Of a stretch of DNA of 64,000 nucleotides, positions 12,901 to 25,250 are shown in pieces. Both the position numbers and the translations under genes were made by a program. The stretch lies in the NCBI GenBank assembly GCA_024679065.1, contig JAGIQG010000040.1, positions 4,030,001 through 4,094,000 of the forward strand, read 5' to 3'. Below the pieces are notes generated by a model, which did not search any database, had not been told where the DNA came from, and saw only the letters and a program-made list of their open reading frames with translations. Position 1 is the first letter of the stretch, and each line of letters starts with the position of its first letter. The stretch is from Sphyrna mokarran. Taxonomy: Eukaryota.

Positions 12901-14849
12901 ACTTATAAATTACTAGCTAGTTTGTCTTGACATTTTACTACAATTCAAATATATTATTTGATGTGAGCGAACTTACCTGTCACTCCGTCATATTTACTCA
13001 AACTGTTTGATTCTGATTTATCAATGGTTAAATTACAACAACAAAAAAATCAATAACTTATTTTACAATAAACTGATATTCATTTCAAAATTCCCTTCGA
13101 CTTTTAACTATCTGTTCCTGTCTGTCGCAAACCTCGAAAACTGGGCAAAAAATGTAATTTTTCTGAAAAATGAACACATCAAATATAACATTCAGAGCAG
13201 TATAATGTCCCTAATACAGGGACGCAGTCAGAATTGTAATTCATGATCTACTTCAATATATTAGCATTAGTTAACATGAATAGAATACTTTAGATTATAT
13301 TGATTTTATTTTTCCGAGCCAAATATGCTTTATCCTTACAAGAATTTTCAAATGCAGTTGTTTATTCATTTAGCAGAAAACGTATAACCGCTCAATGTTA
13401 CTGATTTCAAACAATTCAGAAATAATTGAGAAATACCAAACAATTTCACAATTTTAAAATGAGATTACTGATCAATTATCTAGGTATCCAATTCTAAATT
13501 AGTTGAAAGGAATATGTGGCTGCGCCTGCACAAAGGAATCGAACAATCGGATACATAAATTGCGTAATAACAATGTCATATTCTCCAAAAATCATTCTTA
13601 CGTGAATGCGAACTAAATCAGGGAGATAACGATTAATGCAAAGTATCTTGATGTACTGAGCGCTGCTATTGAACCAGTTTGTTATCATTGAAATAGTTTC
13701 TGGAATTATCTCAAAATATTTCCTGTCTAGAAACTTTTCTGGTCATATTAATTATGTGCAAAGTACAGCACAACTATTAAAGCCGATTAATTCGAAATAC
13801 TAATGTAAAATAATCTTTAGTGAATATGGAGTTATGTTACCGATCAATAATAGTTTGATTTATATTAATTTTACTATCAAACTTATTAATGAGAATTTTA
13901 TGATTACAACAACGGCTTAGTGTCCGATTAAGCGTTGTTTGACATGATTTATTTTAATTTGTAAGCGTTAGATAAAATTATAAAAATGCTGCGATATCTT
14001 CCTATTATTTCTTCCACAACCTGCTTGTCCCCCCCCCACCCCATAAAGATTCTCAAACTCAGAGATTGCTTGCATTCACCCAGAAAACGTGTAACCGCTC
14101 AGTGTCCCTCAGTTTAAACAATGCTGAAACAATGCCGAAACGCCAAACCATTTCACACATTTTAAACATCTATAGTGACCCAACCACAGAACCTCCTCAA
14201 CAGAAACACACCAAAACACATCACTGAGGGAATGAATCCGTTTCACGGAGACGCACATCAATTGTCCATTATACAAAATCAAAAATATCGTTGCAAGAAA
14301 ATCTCAGCATCGAATCCAGCAAAACAACTCGTCACCAAATGTATGAATGACTAAACAAAATATGTATCTGGAATAAGAACAAAGCATGCGAGAAGGTGGA
14401 ATATGTCCAACAAATTAATATTGAAACTTTACCACGTTTTATTCATATTCGGTAATATTTCAAACAGGTTTCAAATACACTGAAACATTTGGATGATAAA
14501 AGTTGCAGCCATCAGATGCCACCGAGGTAAAACGTTGCACGTGTTCTAAATTGTGCCTGCAGTGGCAAAGCATGTTCTGGGCGAGTGACATAAACCGTGG
14601 TTTAATTTAACCTGCAATTATCACTTACGATTTTAAAAATACAAATGCAATAAAGCCTGCCTGATTTTTGTCTGCAGGCACACGTCAAGTAATTTTTTTT
14701 TCAATCACAAAGCGCGTAACACCTCAGTGTCAGCTAGTGTAAACAATGCAGAATCGCCAAACCGTTTCACAAATTATACTTATTCAAAGTCACCCAGACA
14801 ACCTTCTCACCAGAAAAACGCATCACCAAGGGACTGAACCCCAGTTAGA

Positions 14850-15580
14850 ATATAGCACATAGGGCATAGAACAGTTCAGCACAGTACAGGCCTTTCGACC
14901 CTCGATGTTATGCCGAGCTATGTCCGAACCCAGGATCAAGCTATCCCACTCTCTGTCATTCTGATGTGTTCCATGTGCCTATCCAATAATCGCTTGGAAG
15001 TTCCTAAAGCGTCGAACTCCAATAGGCAGTGTACTCCACACCCCAACCACTCTCTGAATAAACAATCTACCTCTGACATCCCTTTGATATCTCCTGCCAT
15101 GAACATTATAGTTATGCCTCCTAATAACAGCTACATCCACCTGAGGAAATAGTCACTGAACATCCACTCTATCTATCCCGCTCATCATCTTATAAACTTT
15201 TATTAAGTCATCTCTCATCCTCCTCCGCTCTAAAAAGAAAAGCCCCAGTTCCCTCAACTTTTCCTCATAAAACCTACCGTTCAAACAGGGCGACATCCCG
15301 CTAAATCTCCTCTGCATTCTCTTCCACATGAGGTGGCCAGAGCTGCACACAGTATTCCAAATGTGTATAGTTGCAGCATAATCCCGCGACTCTTAAACCC
15401 AAATCCTCTCTTAATAAATGCTAACACACTATAAGCCTTCTTCACGGCTCCATCCACTTGAACGGCAATCTTCAGAGATCTGTGGATATGAACCCCAAGA
15501 TCTCTTTTTTGCTCCACATTCCTCAGAACACTGCCGTTGACCCTGTAATCCGCATTCAAGTTTGTCCTACCAAAATGCAG
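14850..15580 (-). mobile_element. 5'-truncated CR1 LINE
   Basis: ORFs 15281-15625 and 15153-15350 contain CR1 RT C-terminal motifs (DLGVHIHRSLK, KKAYSVLAFI, ERRRMRDDLIKVYKM). Confidence 0.88.
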
Positions 15581-16166
15581 AAGCAGTTCAATTCTACAAA
15601 CAACAAACAGTTTCAACAAAATCAAATTTCACATTGGCAGAAAACCTCAATTTAAAATCCAACCAATCGCCCATCGCCAAAGTAACTAATAACTAAAATG
15701 AGCACAACAGTGACATAACAAAACCAGCATTGTGAATAAGCGGAACATATTCATAACATTAATGCAGAAACATTAACACGTTTTGTTAATGTTGGGTTAG
15801 ATTTCAAACACTTGTGCAGCAGACGGTACAACTCGCAGCCACTAGATGTCACCGAGATTAAACATTGCATTAAGGCCGAACTGTTTAACAGAAGGTTGGC
15901 ATATAAAGTAACCCAACCACACAATGCCTTCAGCAGACAAAGACCAAATCACAACCAGAGACTGAACTGCTCAGCATCACCTTTTGTCAAGTAACAGTAG
16001 AATTGTATAATCCCCATTTTAAGCAGAATCACGTGAAACATTGTAAAGATTTTCAGCACAGAATCCACAAACCATATATTTCAGTGAACAAATGAATTAC
16101 TAAAATCGATTTAAAAAAAACAAAAACTCAAGTAAAGCAGTTACCAAATAAATGCACGGTTCTTAC

Positions 16167-16208
16167 CTACAGTCACCATGGTCCCTTGTCCCCAATAGTC
16201 AAAGTATG
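16167..16208 (-). CDS. IGHJ: IgH J segment (YFDYWGQGTMVTV)
   Basis: WGXG motif; donor gtaaga at 16166; 23-RSS with heptamer 16209-16215 and nonamer GGTTATTGT 16239-16247. Confidence 0.96.
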
Positions 16209-16597
16209 CACAGTGTCACATTCCTTTGGTTGGGTCATACAATAACCGTCCCTGCACAAAATAGGCAGAAAAGCAGCCATTATTTTAAATATTCATAAAC
16301 CAAAGGAAAATCAATTAATATTCATGAAATTACTACTGTATTTGCATTTACAGTTCTCTCTACATAAATAACCTTAATGTTTTATATTTCACAGAGGATC
16401 ACATGATCAAGTTATTGAAAACACCAACTGATAATCAAATATTTATCAGGCATTTTCCATATTAATTCTCGCTATTTGTGTAGTGCTGTGACAAAAATAA
16501 TACAGCATGGTAAATAATGTTGGATTGTAAATCAGAGCACTGACCAGCCTCGGTCAATTAGTGCTGAAGGGTTTTTGCATTGACAGCAACAGTTGTG

Positions 16598-16609
16598 CTA
16601 ACCATTTAT
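16598..16609 (-). other. IgH D2 segment (ATAAATGGTTAG), 12/12 RSS
   Basis: 5' RSS: heptamer 16610-16616, 12-nt spacer, nonamer 16629-16637; 3' RSS: CACAACT 16591-16597, 12-nt spacer, GCAAAAACC 16570-16578. Confidence 0.9.
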
Positions 16610-16989
16610 CACAGTGAGACACAGCATGACAAATACTGAGTCTGACTACTAGCTGTAAAATACAGAGATTTAGTTTCACTTCTCTATCAAAAATTTGATC
16701 CTGTCTTTACTGAGAGTGAATATGTGAGATATTTCAGTTTGTGCAGGTCTTTATACCCATAAAAAGGATAGGAAAACTTTCAAACCCTTTGTGTAGTTTT
16801 AGCATTTCAGTCAACACAGATTTTTATGGAAAGATTCTTATACCTTTTCACAAACTAATATTACTTCTACATATTATTTAATTAAAGCCTCATTTACTTT
16901 GAAAATCCTGCTGTGGTACAGATTACCAATTTGAGCAATCTCTTTCCCTGAGGTTTTTGAATGAGGATGTCGCTGTGCTCAGCACTGTG

Positions 16990-17002
16990 ACCCCCCATCT
17001 AT
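16990..17002 (-). other. IgH D1 segment (ATAGATGGGGGGT), 12/22 RSS
   Basis: 5' RSS: heptamer 17003-17009, 12-nt spacer, nonamer 17022-17030; 3' RSS: CACAGTG 16983-16989, 22-nt spacer, TCAAAAACC 16952-16960. Confidence 0.93.
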
Positions 17003-17441
17003 CACAGTGACACACACGCGGACAAAAACTGCACTCATTCTCTGTTCAGTGCTGCCACTCAATATTCACTTCAAATAGACGATTATTCCTTATGTAATTT
17101 ACACTTCATGCAACTGATTACAAAACACAATCTACAAACATCTCCTGCAATCATCAGAAATATAAAAACGAGCATTATATCCAGCTGTGCAATTGCTGAA
17201 ACTGTTAACAGTAAATATAAACAGAGTGAAAATTTCAGCCCATTAGGTCTGTGTGTTTTCTTGGTTTAATGTTTAATTTTCACTAAGTTGGGTTTGTCAG
17301 AAGCAGGTTGTGCTTTGGTTCTGATCACTGTCGTTAGTGTTATATTTAAAACAGGTACTGAACTTCAGGTTATGATGGAAGTTGTTGAGATCCACCTCGA
17401 CCTGTTTTTGTCCGCGTCCATCCCTGGTTCCTCTTGCTGTG

Positions 17442-17740
17442 GTCTCTTGCACAGTAATAGATGGCGGTGTCTTCGATCTTCAGCCTCGTCATCTCCAAAG
17501 AGAAAGTGTTGTTTGAAGTGTTTTTGGACACAGTAAATCGATCTTTAATTGCTGGGGCATAGTCGTTGTTGGATGAACTATAGTACCAGAGCAACCACTC
17601 CAGCCCCTGTCCGGGAACCTGTCGGACCCAGTGCATGTAAGCGCTGCCAACATCGAAGCTGCTGGTTTTACAGGTTAGTTTCAGGGAGCCTCCGGGACGC
17701 CCAGTCGCTGCCTCTGGCTGAGTCAATACAATCTGGACAC
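17442..17740 (-). CDS. IGHV: IgM VH exon, open frame
   Basis: [50 protein letters not shown]; RSS CACAGCA (17435-17441), 23-nt spacer, ACAAAAACA (17403-17411). Confidence 0.97.
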
Positions 17741-17870
17741 CTGTAAAAATAAATTTTAAACACCGAGGATTAATCTTGGTGAAATGATTGCTGACTCTGG
17801 AACATTCCAGAAATAGACTAACATGGAGACAGTAACAGTGAAATTCCTGGACAATAAAAAAATTACTCAC

Positions 17871-17928
17871 CGGATAAGAAAGTCAGCAACAAACTGAGAG
17901 AAATCGCCGACCTCATCTTTCTGGTCAT
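17871..17928 (-). CDS. IGHV: VH leader exon ([19 protein letters not shown])
   Basis: Hydrophobic signal peptide, donor gtgagt at 17870; alternative ATG at 17916. Confidence 0.92.
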
Positions 17929-17939
17929 TTGAGGGAAAT

Positions 17940-18080
17940 GGTTGCGTCAGGAACTCAGTGAACAAAATAGCTCCCGGACCGTTGGATACCGGTACCAGTG
18001 AGCGGTATTTAAATACCCGGCAGAAGGGGGCGGCTTTCCAGGCGCAGGAGGTGGCGACTGGATCCACTTGCGTCTTCCAC
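17940..18080 (-). promoter_or_regulatory. VH promoter region
   Basis: TATTTAAATA at 18006-18015, CRE-like TGACGCA at ~17943-17949, E-box CAAGTG at ~18065-18070; no canonical octamer in this stretch. Confidence 0.6.
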
Positions 18081-18186
18081 GCCCAAATAGAATGGACCCC
18101 CAGATTTACAGAAGATTAATAGTAAAATGGACATTTTATATGTGTCGGGAGATTTGTTTGGCTGAATATGTTCGCTGTATTGTTTC

Positions 18187-19600
18187 AGAACATAGAACAT
18201 TACAGCACAAATAGGCCCTTTGGTCCACAAGTTGCGCTGATCATATCTCTACTACCAGGCTTATCTATAACCCCCAATCACATTAAATTCCATGTACTCA
18301 TCCAGAAGTCTTTTAAAAGACGCCAACGAGTTTGCCTCTCCCACCGGCGGCAGCAGATTCCACTCACTCACCACTCTCTGAGTGAAAAACTTAACCCTGA
18401 CATCTCCTCAGTACCTACTCCCCAGCAGCTTAAACCTGTGTCCTCTCGTAGTGACCATTCAGTCCTGGGAAATAGCCTCTGAGAATCCACCCTATCTGTA
18501 TCTGTCAACATCTTATAAATCTCTATAAGGTCGCCTCTCATCCTTCGTCTCTCCAGGGAGAAAAGACCACTTCCCTCAACCTACCCTCATAAGGCATGCT
18601 CTCCGATCCAGGCAACATCCTTGTAAATCTCCTCTACACCATTTCAATAGCTTCCTCGTTCTTCTTGTAGTGAGGCGACCAGAACTGCGCACAGTACTCC
18701 AAGTGGGGTCTGACAAGGGTCTTATAAATTTGCAGCATTATCTCCCGACTCCTCAACTCAATCCCTCGATTAATGAAGGCTAGTACACCATACGCCTTCT
18801 TGCCCACATCCTCCACCTGCGAGGCCGATTTAAAAGTCCTATGGTCTCGGACGCTAAAGTCTTCTACTCCTACTCCTTCATCCCATCGGACCTGCCAAAA
18901 TGGACCACTACACATTTATCAGTGTTGAAGTCCATCTGCCACTTTTCTGCCCAGTCTTGCATCCTGTCTATGTCTCGCTGCAACTTCTGACATCCCTCCA
19001 GACTGTCCACAACACCATCAACTTTGTGTCATCGGCAAACTTACCAACCTATCCCTCCACTTCTTATCCAGGTCATTTACGAAAATGACAAACAGCAAGA
19101 GTCCCAGAACAGATCCCTGGGCAGTCCATTGGTGACGACCTCCACGCAGAAGAAGACCCATCCACAACCACTCTCTGCCTTCTGCAGCAAGCCAGTTCTG
19201 GATCTACAACGCAACAGCCCCTTGGATCCCATGCCCTCTCACTTTTTCAAGAAGTCTTACATGGAGGACCTTATCGAGCGCCTTGCTGAAGTCCACATAA
19301 ACCACATCCATCGCTCTTCTTTCGTCAATATGTTTAGTCTCATTTTCAAAGAAATCAACTAGGCTCCTAAGGCACGATGTGCTGGCTACATTTGATCGTG
19401 CTAAACTTCTCTAAATGTTCATAAATCCTTTCCCTCAGTATCCTCTCCAGCAATTTACAAACCACTGAGGTCAGGCTCACCGGTCGATAATTTCTGGGGC
19501 TATCCCTGTTCGCTGTCTTGAAAATAGGAACCACATCCGCAATCCTCCAATCCTCCAGAACCTCTCCCGTCTCCATCGAAGACGCAAAGATCATCGCCAG
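18187..19600 (-). mobile_element. CR1 LINE, internally deleted
   Basis: NYRPVSLTSVVCKLLERI (19367-19594), KTLVRPHLEYCAQFWSP (18634-18915), catagaa tail near 18190. Confidence 0.9.
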
Positions 19601-20099
19601 AAGCGATCTGGTTATGTAATATTTGATTCTGATTCTGTATATATTTCACTGGACTGTGCCAGTATTTTTCCTGCACTGAACTATGCCTCTGTTTGAATTA
19701 TGTCTCTATTATTCCACGGTTCTAAGAGAAGAAGAGGTAATATGTTAGGATAAAAACATTGCTATCAGACAGGATCCAGAAACGGACAGTATTGGATCGA
19801 CAGTATTTGGTTGGTGCAGCCTTGAAGGGCGGGTAGGCCTTTTCCTGTGCTGTAATTTTCTTTGCTTTTTTTTTATTGTTGTTCTTTGTTGACAGTGCTT
19901 GCTAAACAGGGCTTGGTATCAGTTTTAATGCATCCAGCAGAAGTTGATTCAGATATCCCCTCTTCTTTTCCAGTGCCCAAAGCTTCATAGAGTTTGCACT
20001 TGCAGAAGGACGCAGAGAATTGTGTTCCCCCAACCACTTTCATCATTACTGGCATTGATCAGTGCAGTAAAAACTGAGAACATGTACAATTCAATATAA

Positions 20100-21090
20100 A
20101 CGTGGACACGGTCAGTTGCAGAAATAAGACTGTATCTAGTTTGATACAAGTAGAGACAGGTCTATATTAATATGAACAGAGACAACGTCTAGCTTAATAT
20201 AAACAGAAATATGGTGACGTTTAATGTAAACAGAGATAGCGTCTAATTCAGTACAAACAGATAAAACATGCTGTTCAATATGAGTAGAGACAGGCAATAT
20301 ATACTTCTACGTGCAGTATTAAAAGAGTTAGGGTCCAATGAAAAATAAATAAAGGCATGGCCTCATAGTATAAGGTGACACAAGGTAAATTTACTGTCAT
20401 ATTGAGATACTGGTTCAATACCCATGAAGTTTGAAGAGACGGCCGACTGTCCCATCAAAAACTTACAGGACAGGAGTAACATGGGTTAGCTGCAGAATGC
20501 AAAGTTCCCTCTGCATTGCCAAATTAAACACTCCCAAGGCAGGAATAGCATGAGTTACATACAAAGGGAATCTCTCACCATTCTACCCAAATCAAGCATT
20601 CTCAGAACAACATACTGTCGAGACACAGAGTGAAACCCCCTTTACAAAATCTGCTCAAGCAAAATGAAGGCAGAAAGAGCATGAGCTCTCTTGTACGTAA
20701 AACCTCTTCTGGACTCTTCCTTTAGAGATTCGGGAGGCAGAATTAAATTAGTTTTAGATGCAGGGGAAACAACCTTCGACATAGTGCCATAAAACACAAC
20801 CAGGTCAGGTACAGCCGAGATGAGACACTGATTAAATCTTTCTTGACAACGTCATATCGAATTTTCAAAAGGAAGGCACAGTGAGTTTAGAAGCAAAGTA
20901 AACATTCTTCGACATTGTCCAGTTAAATTCTCCAAGTATTTAAGCAGCAGCTTAATATGTGAAAAGATCCTTTGGTGCTGCCACATCGAATCCTTATCAC
21001 TAGATACAGCCGAGGTTAGATACAGAGGAACATAGATCAAACATTGCAAGATCACAGAATGCTCGAGGTTTTTTAGAGTAAAGCTCCTTC
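20100..21090. repeat. Two degenerate tandem arrays (~30-bp unit at 20100-20350; ~65-70-bp unit at 20440-21090)
   Basis: Recurring tagtttaatataaacagagacagggtc-like units, then ctgtcccatcaaacactcccagg..cagc..gggttagatacagag-like units. Confidence 0.65.
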
Positions 21091-22221
21091 ACAGATTCCA
21101 ATTCATTGAATTAAGCTCTTTTAGAAGTCTATAACTCTGGCTGAGAGAACACATTGCGTAGACATTGACTTCATGTTGTGGAGTGAAGGCGATGAACCAT
21201 TGTGGGGAGATAAGACACTGAAACAGACAGGAGAAAGACCGAGAAATGAAGCAGGAAATTTTAATAAGTACATTTGCTGTGTCATTATATTTCGGGATCA
21301 GAGGGATTTTTTTCCTATTTCTGGACATAAACATCATCATTGCGTTTTTCCTCGGGTAATTTAAAATCGTAACTTTCAATAATATTGAAAAACAATATTA
21401 CGGGAATCCGTTGATTGATTTGCATGTTTGTATCTATTTCAGTACTGTGTTGGTGAGGAAATATTTGTTATGTTTTTGTCTGTCAACAGTCTAATTTGGG
21501 ATTTCTATTTCTGTATTTATTTACATAAACACCTCACTGTTTACAACGAAATGTTCATGGCAGCAAAACCATAAACCATCACTCATTGATCAGTTTCAAC
21601 TCAAAGTAGCTGCTTATTTCAAGAATATTAACATTTAGCTCAAAATTTATATTAACTTCTTGAACATTCATTACACAAGATGTTATTTAATTTAAACAAA
21701 ATAATACATTTTATTTCAGAATTTATTCTGAAAGTGCTTATGTCACAATACATAAAGAGACAGATATTCCACAAATGTCAATTGGTTGATGATGTAATTT
21801 GTTTAAACATTCAAGTTAAAACAAACAGATTTGATGTGAAAACAGATGTGAAATATCCGGGTAGACCGGAAGCAAAAACTTTATGATGGGATAATTGAGG
21901 AACAGTGGAGGACTTTGAAAACAATTTTTAACAGTGCTCAACAAGAGTCTGTAACAGTGAGAAGGAAGGACTGCAGAAAAAGAGATAATCAGCCATGGAT
22001 ATCTAAGGAAATAAAGAAGAGTAGCAAATTGAAAGAAAATGTATATAAAGTGGCAGATTAGTGGGAAAATGTGGCATTTACAGACCTTGAAAGTTCAATA
22101 AAAAGCCACGAGAAAAGCTATAAGGAAATGTAAAATGGATAATGAAAGTAAACTAGCTTAGATATAGAAACAGATTAGCAACGTCCTACAATATATAAAA
22201 CAAAAAGTGGTTAAAGTAAAC

Positions 22222-24274
22222 TATAACATAGAGCATAAACATTACAGCACAGACATGCCCTTCGGCTTCGAGGTTGTACCAACCAAAATAAAATCACTGC
22301 CCTTCCAACTAAACCATTCCCTTCNNNNNNNNNNNNNNNNNNNNNNNNNNNNNNNNNNNNNNNNNNNNNNNNNNNNNNNNNNNNNNNNNNNNNNNNNNNN
22401 NNNNNNNNNNNNNNNCAAACTAAACCATTCCCTTCTCTTCCATATACTTATCAACTAACCTCTTAAACGCCACCAAACTTGGCGCATCTACAACAGCTGC
22501 AGGCAGGGCATTCCACTCCCTAATCACTCTTTGAGTAAAGAACCAACCTCTGATATCCGTCCTATAACTCATACCCCTTAATTTAAAGCTGTGTCCCCTC
22601 GTGCTAGCTTTCTCCATCCTAGGAAAAAGGCTATCACTGTCCACCCTATCTAAAACTCTAATCATCTTATATGTTTCGATTAGGTCCCCTCTTAGCCGCC
22701 TCCTTTATAACGAAAACAACCTCAAATCCCTCAGCCTCTCTTCATAAGACCTGCCCTCCATACCAGGCAACATCCTGGTAAACCTCCTCTGTACCCTCTC
22801 CAATGCCTCCACATCTTTCTTATAATGCGGGGACCAGAACTGCACACAATACTCCAAGTGCGGACGCACTAGAGTTTTGTACAGTTGCAACATGACGTTG
22901 CGGCTCCGAAATTCAATCCCCCTACCAATAAAAGCTAAGACTCCATATGCCTTCTTAACAACTTTATCCACTTGACTGCCTACTTTCAGGGATCTATTGA
23001 CACATACACCAAGAGCCTTCTGTTCCTCAACACTATTAAGCGCCCTACCATTAGCCCTATACTCTACACATTTATTGTTCCTGCCAAAGTGCATTACCTC
23101 ACACTTTTCCACATTAAACTCCATTTGCCACCTCTCGGCCCAGCTCTGAAACTTGTCCAAGTCACTCTGTAAACTATAACACCCCTCTTCACTATCAACC
23201 ACTCCACCAACTTTAGTGTCATCTGCAAATTTACTGATCCATCCCTCAATACCCTCATCCAGATCATTTATAAAAATTACAAACAGCAGGGGCCCCCAAA
23301 ACAGACCCCTGAGGTACACCACTTGTCACCGAACTCCACGATGAATATCTCCCATCAACCACCACCCTCTGTCTTCTATCTGCCAGCCAATTTCTAATCC
23401 AATTAGCTAAAGCACCCTCTATTCCACACATCTGCATTTTCTGTAGAAGTCTTCCATGGGCCACCTTATCAAAAGCCTTACTAAAGTCCATATATACTAC
23501 ATCAACCGCCTTACCCCCATCCACCTCTCTGGTCACTTTCTCAAAAAACTCAATGAGGTAGTAAGGCATGACCTACCCTTCACGAAACCATGCTGACTAT
23601 CCCCAATCAATTCATTTCTCTCTAAATAACTATAAATCCTATCCTAATAATTCTCTCCAATACTTTGCCCACAACAGAAGTAAGACTCACTGGCCTATAA
23701 TTCCCTGGAAGGTCTCTCTTCCCCTTCTTGAACAACGGGACCACATTCGCTATCCTTCAGTCCTCCGGAACCACACCCGTAACCAACGAGGACCTGAAGA
23801 TCAGAGCCAGAGGCTCTGCAATCTCCTCTCTGGCCTCCCAGAGAATCCTAGGGTAAATCCCGTCCGGCCCAGGGGACTTATCCAACTTCAAACCCTCGAG
23901 AATTTCTAACACATCCTCCCTATCTACTACAATACTTCCCAATTTGCAACCCTGTACCTCAGTGTTCTCCATCGCTACATTTCCAGCACTCTGCGTGAAT
24001 ACCGAAGAGAAATATTTATTCAGTACCTCACCAATCTCTTCAGGCTCCACGCACAACTTCCCACTGCTGTCTATGACTGGCCCTAATCTTGCCCTAACCA
24101 ATCTTCTATTCTTAACATATCGAAAGAAAGCTTTAGGATTCTCCTTAATCCTATAAGCCAACATCTTCTCGTGTCCCCTCTTAGCTCTCCTCAATTCACT
24201 TTTTACCTCCTTCCTGGCTAATCTATAGCTATCCATTGCACTAACTGAGCCTTCAAGCCTCATCCTGACATAAA
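22222..24274 (-). mobile_element. Young 5'-truncated CR1 LINE (RT)
   Basis: ORFs 22420-24263 are nearly identical to the RT at 41760-43442 (FADDTK; VYMDFSKAFDKV). Confidence 0.95.
22325..22415. other. Assembly gap (N run)
   Basis: 91 Ns; both flanks carry aactaaaccattcccttc. Confidence 0.99.
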
Positions 24275-24757
24275 CATTGGTCCTTTAGAGAATGAGAAGG
24301 GGGATGAAAAAAAAATTCAGAGGTATTGAACGTATCGCCGTTGAAATTCAAAATAATGCCGGGAGAATCTTATAGAAGCATATAATATTAGGAAGGGAAT
24401 TGATAAGGTAGAAGCAAGGAAGTTGTTTCCTTTGGCAGGTGAAACCAAAACTAGGGGGCATAACCTCAAAGTAAGGAGCAGCAGATTTAGCACTCAGTTG
24501 AGGGGGAAGTTCTTCACACAAAGGATTGTGAATCTATGGAATTTTCTGCCCAGTGAAGCAGTTGAGGCTACCTTGTTTTTAATCAAGGAAAATATATTTC
24601 TGAACAGTAAAATATTTAAGGGTTATGGTGTGCGGGCTGATAAGTGGAAATGAGTTCACAAGAAGGTCGGTCGTGATCTTATCGAATAGCGGAGCAGGCT
24701 CGAGGGGCCAGTTGGCCTACTCCTGTTCCTAATTCTTACGTTCTTATGTTCTTATGA

Positions 24758-24910
24758 TAGTACAAACACTGTCCAGGGGCCTGACAGCCACAGACATCCA
24801 GTATCTGCCAATAATGAATGCGCTGGCTTTACAGCTCACTCTCAGGGAGTCTCAGCGACGCCTTGTTTCTGCCTCCGGCTGAAGCAACACAACCTCCGAT
24901 TAGATACTTT
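24758..24910 (-). pseudogene. IGHV: IgH VH pseudogene, 5' half
   Basis: *SEVVLLQPEAETRRR*DSLRVSCKASAFIIGRYWM..(frameshift)..QAPGQCL; cut by CR1; its leader intron (25255-25345) matches 17758-17850. Confidence 0.85.
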
Positions 24911-24929
24911 TAAAAATATAAAAGAAAAA

Positions 24930-25250
24930 TATGCAAAAAGAATGCCACGCACCCCGAACATACTCTGTCACCTTTTTCCATCGTGATGATACAAAATCCT
25001 CAGGACATTTACAAACCGAGTCAAAAACAACTTCTCTCCTGCTGCAATCAGACCTTTGAAGGAACCTACCTCGCATTACGTTGATCTTTTTCTACACCCT
25101 AATTATGACTGTAACATTACATTCTGCACTCTCTACCTCCCTTCCTTTTGTATGATATGCTCTGTATAGTGCGCAAGAAAGAATAACTTTCACTGTGTGC
25201 TGATATGCATGATAATAATAAATCAAATTAAATCAAATCAAATCAAATTA
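24930..25250 (+). mobile_element. LINE 3' fragment with (AAATC)n tail, inserted in the pseudo-VH intron
   Basis: Interrupts intron homology; aataaatcaaat.. tail. Confidence 0.55.

Larger units (their letters stand above)
21885..24757 (+). mobile_element. Older CR1 LINE (21885-22220 and 24275-24757) interrupted by a younger CR1
   Basis: CR1 ORF2 text stops near ..aaagtaaac at ~22220 and resumes as ..aacattggtcctttagagaatgag at ~24274; TRGHNLKV..FFTQRIVNLWN and ttcttatg tail. Confidence 0.75.

Noticed and set aside
3509-17928. IgM1gj, IgW or IgNAR identity
   Set aside because: Four mu-type C exons including Cmu2, unjoined V, D, D and J with RSSs, and a conventional VH with full FR2/CDR2
20100-21090. 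CRISPR-like array
   Set aside because: Vertebrate DNA; degenerate tandem units without unique spacers or cas genes
19870-21380. Exon-like stretches at 19890-20060 and 21130-21360
   Set aside because: No recognisable protein motif and stops in the plausible frames; cannot be supported without a search
22305-22435. Direct repeat flanking the N run
   Set aside because: Most likely overlapping contig ends, an assembly artefact
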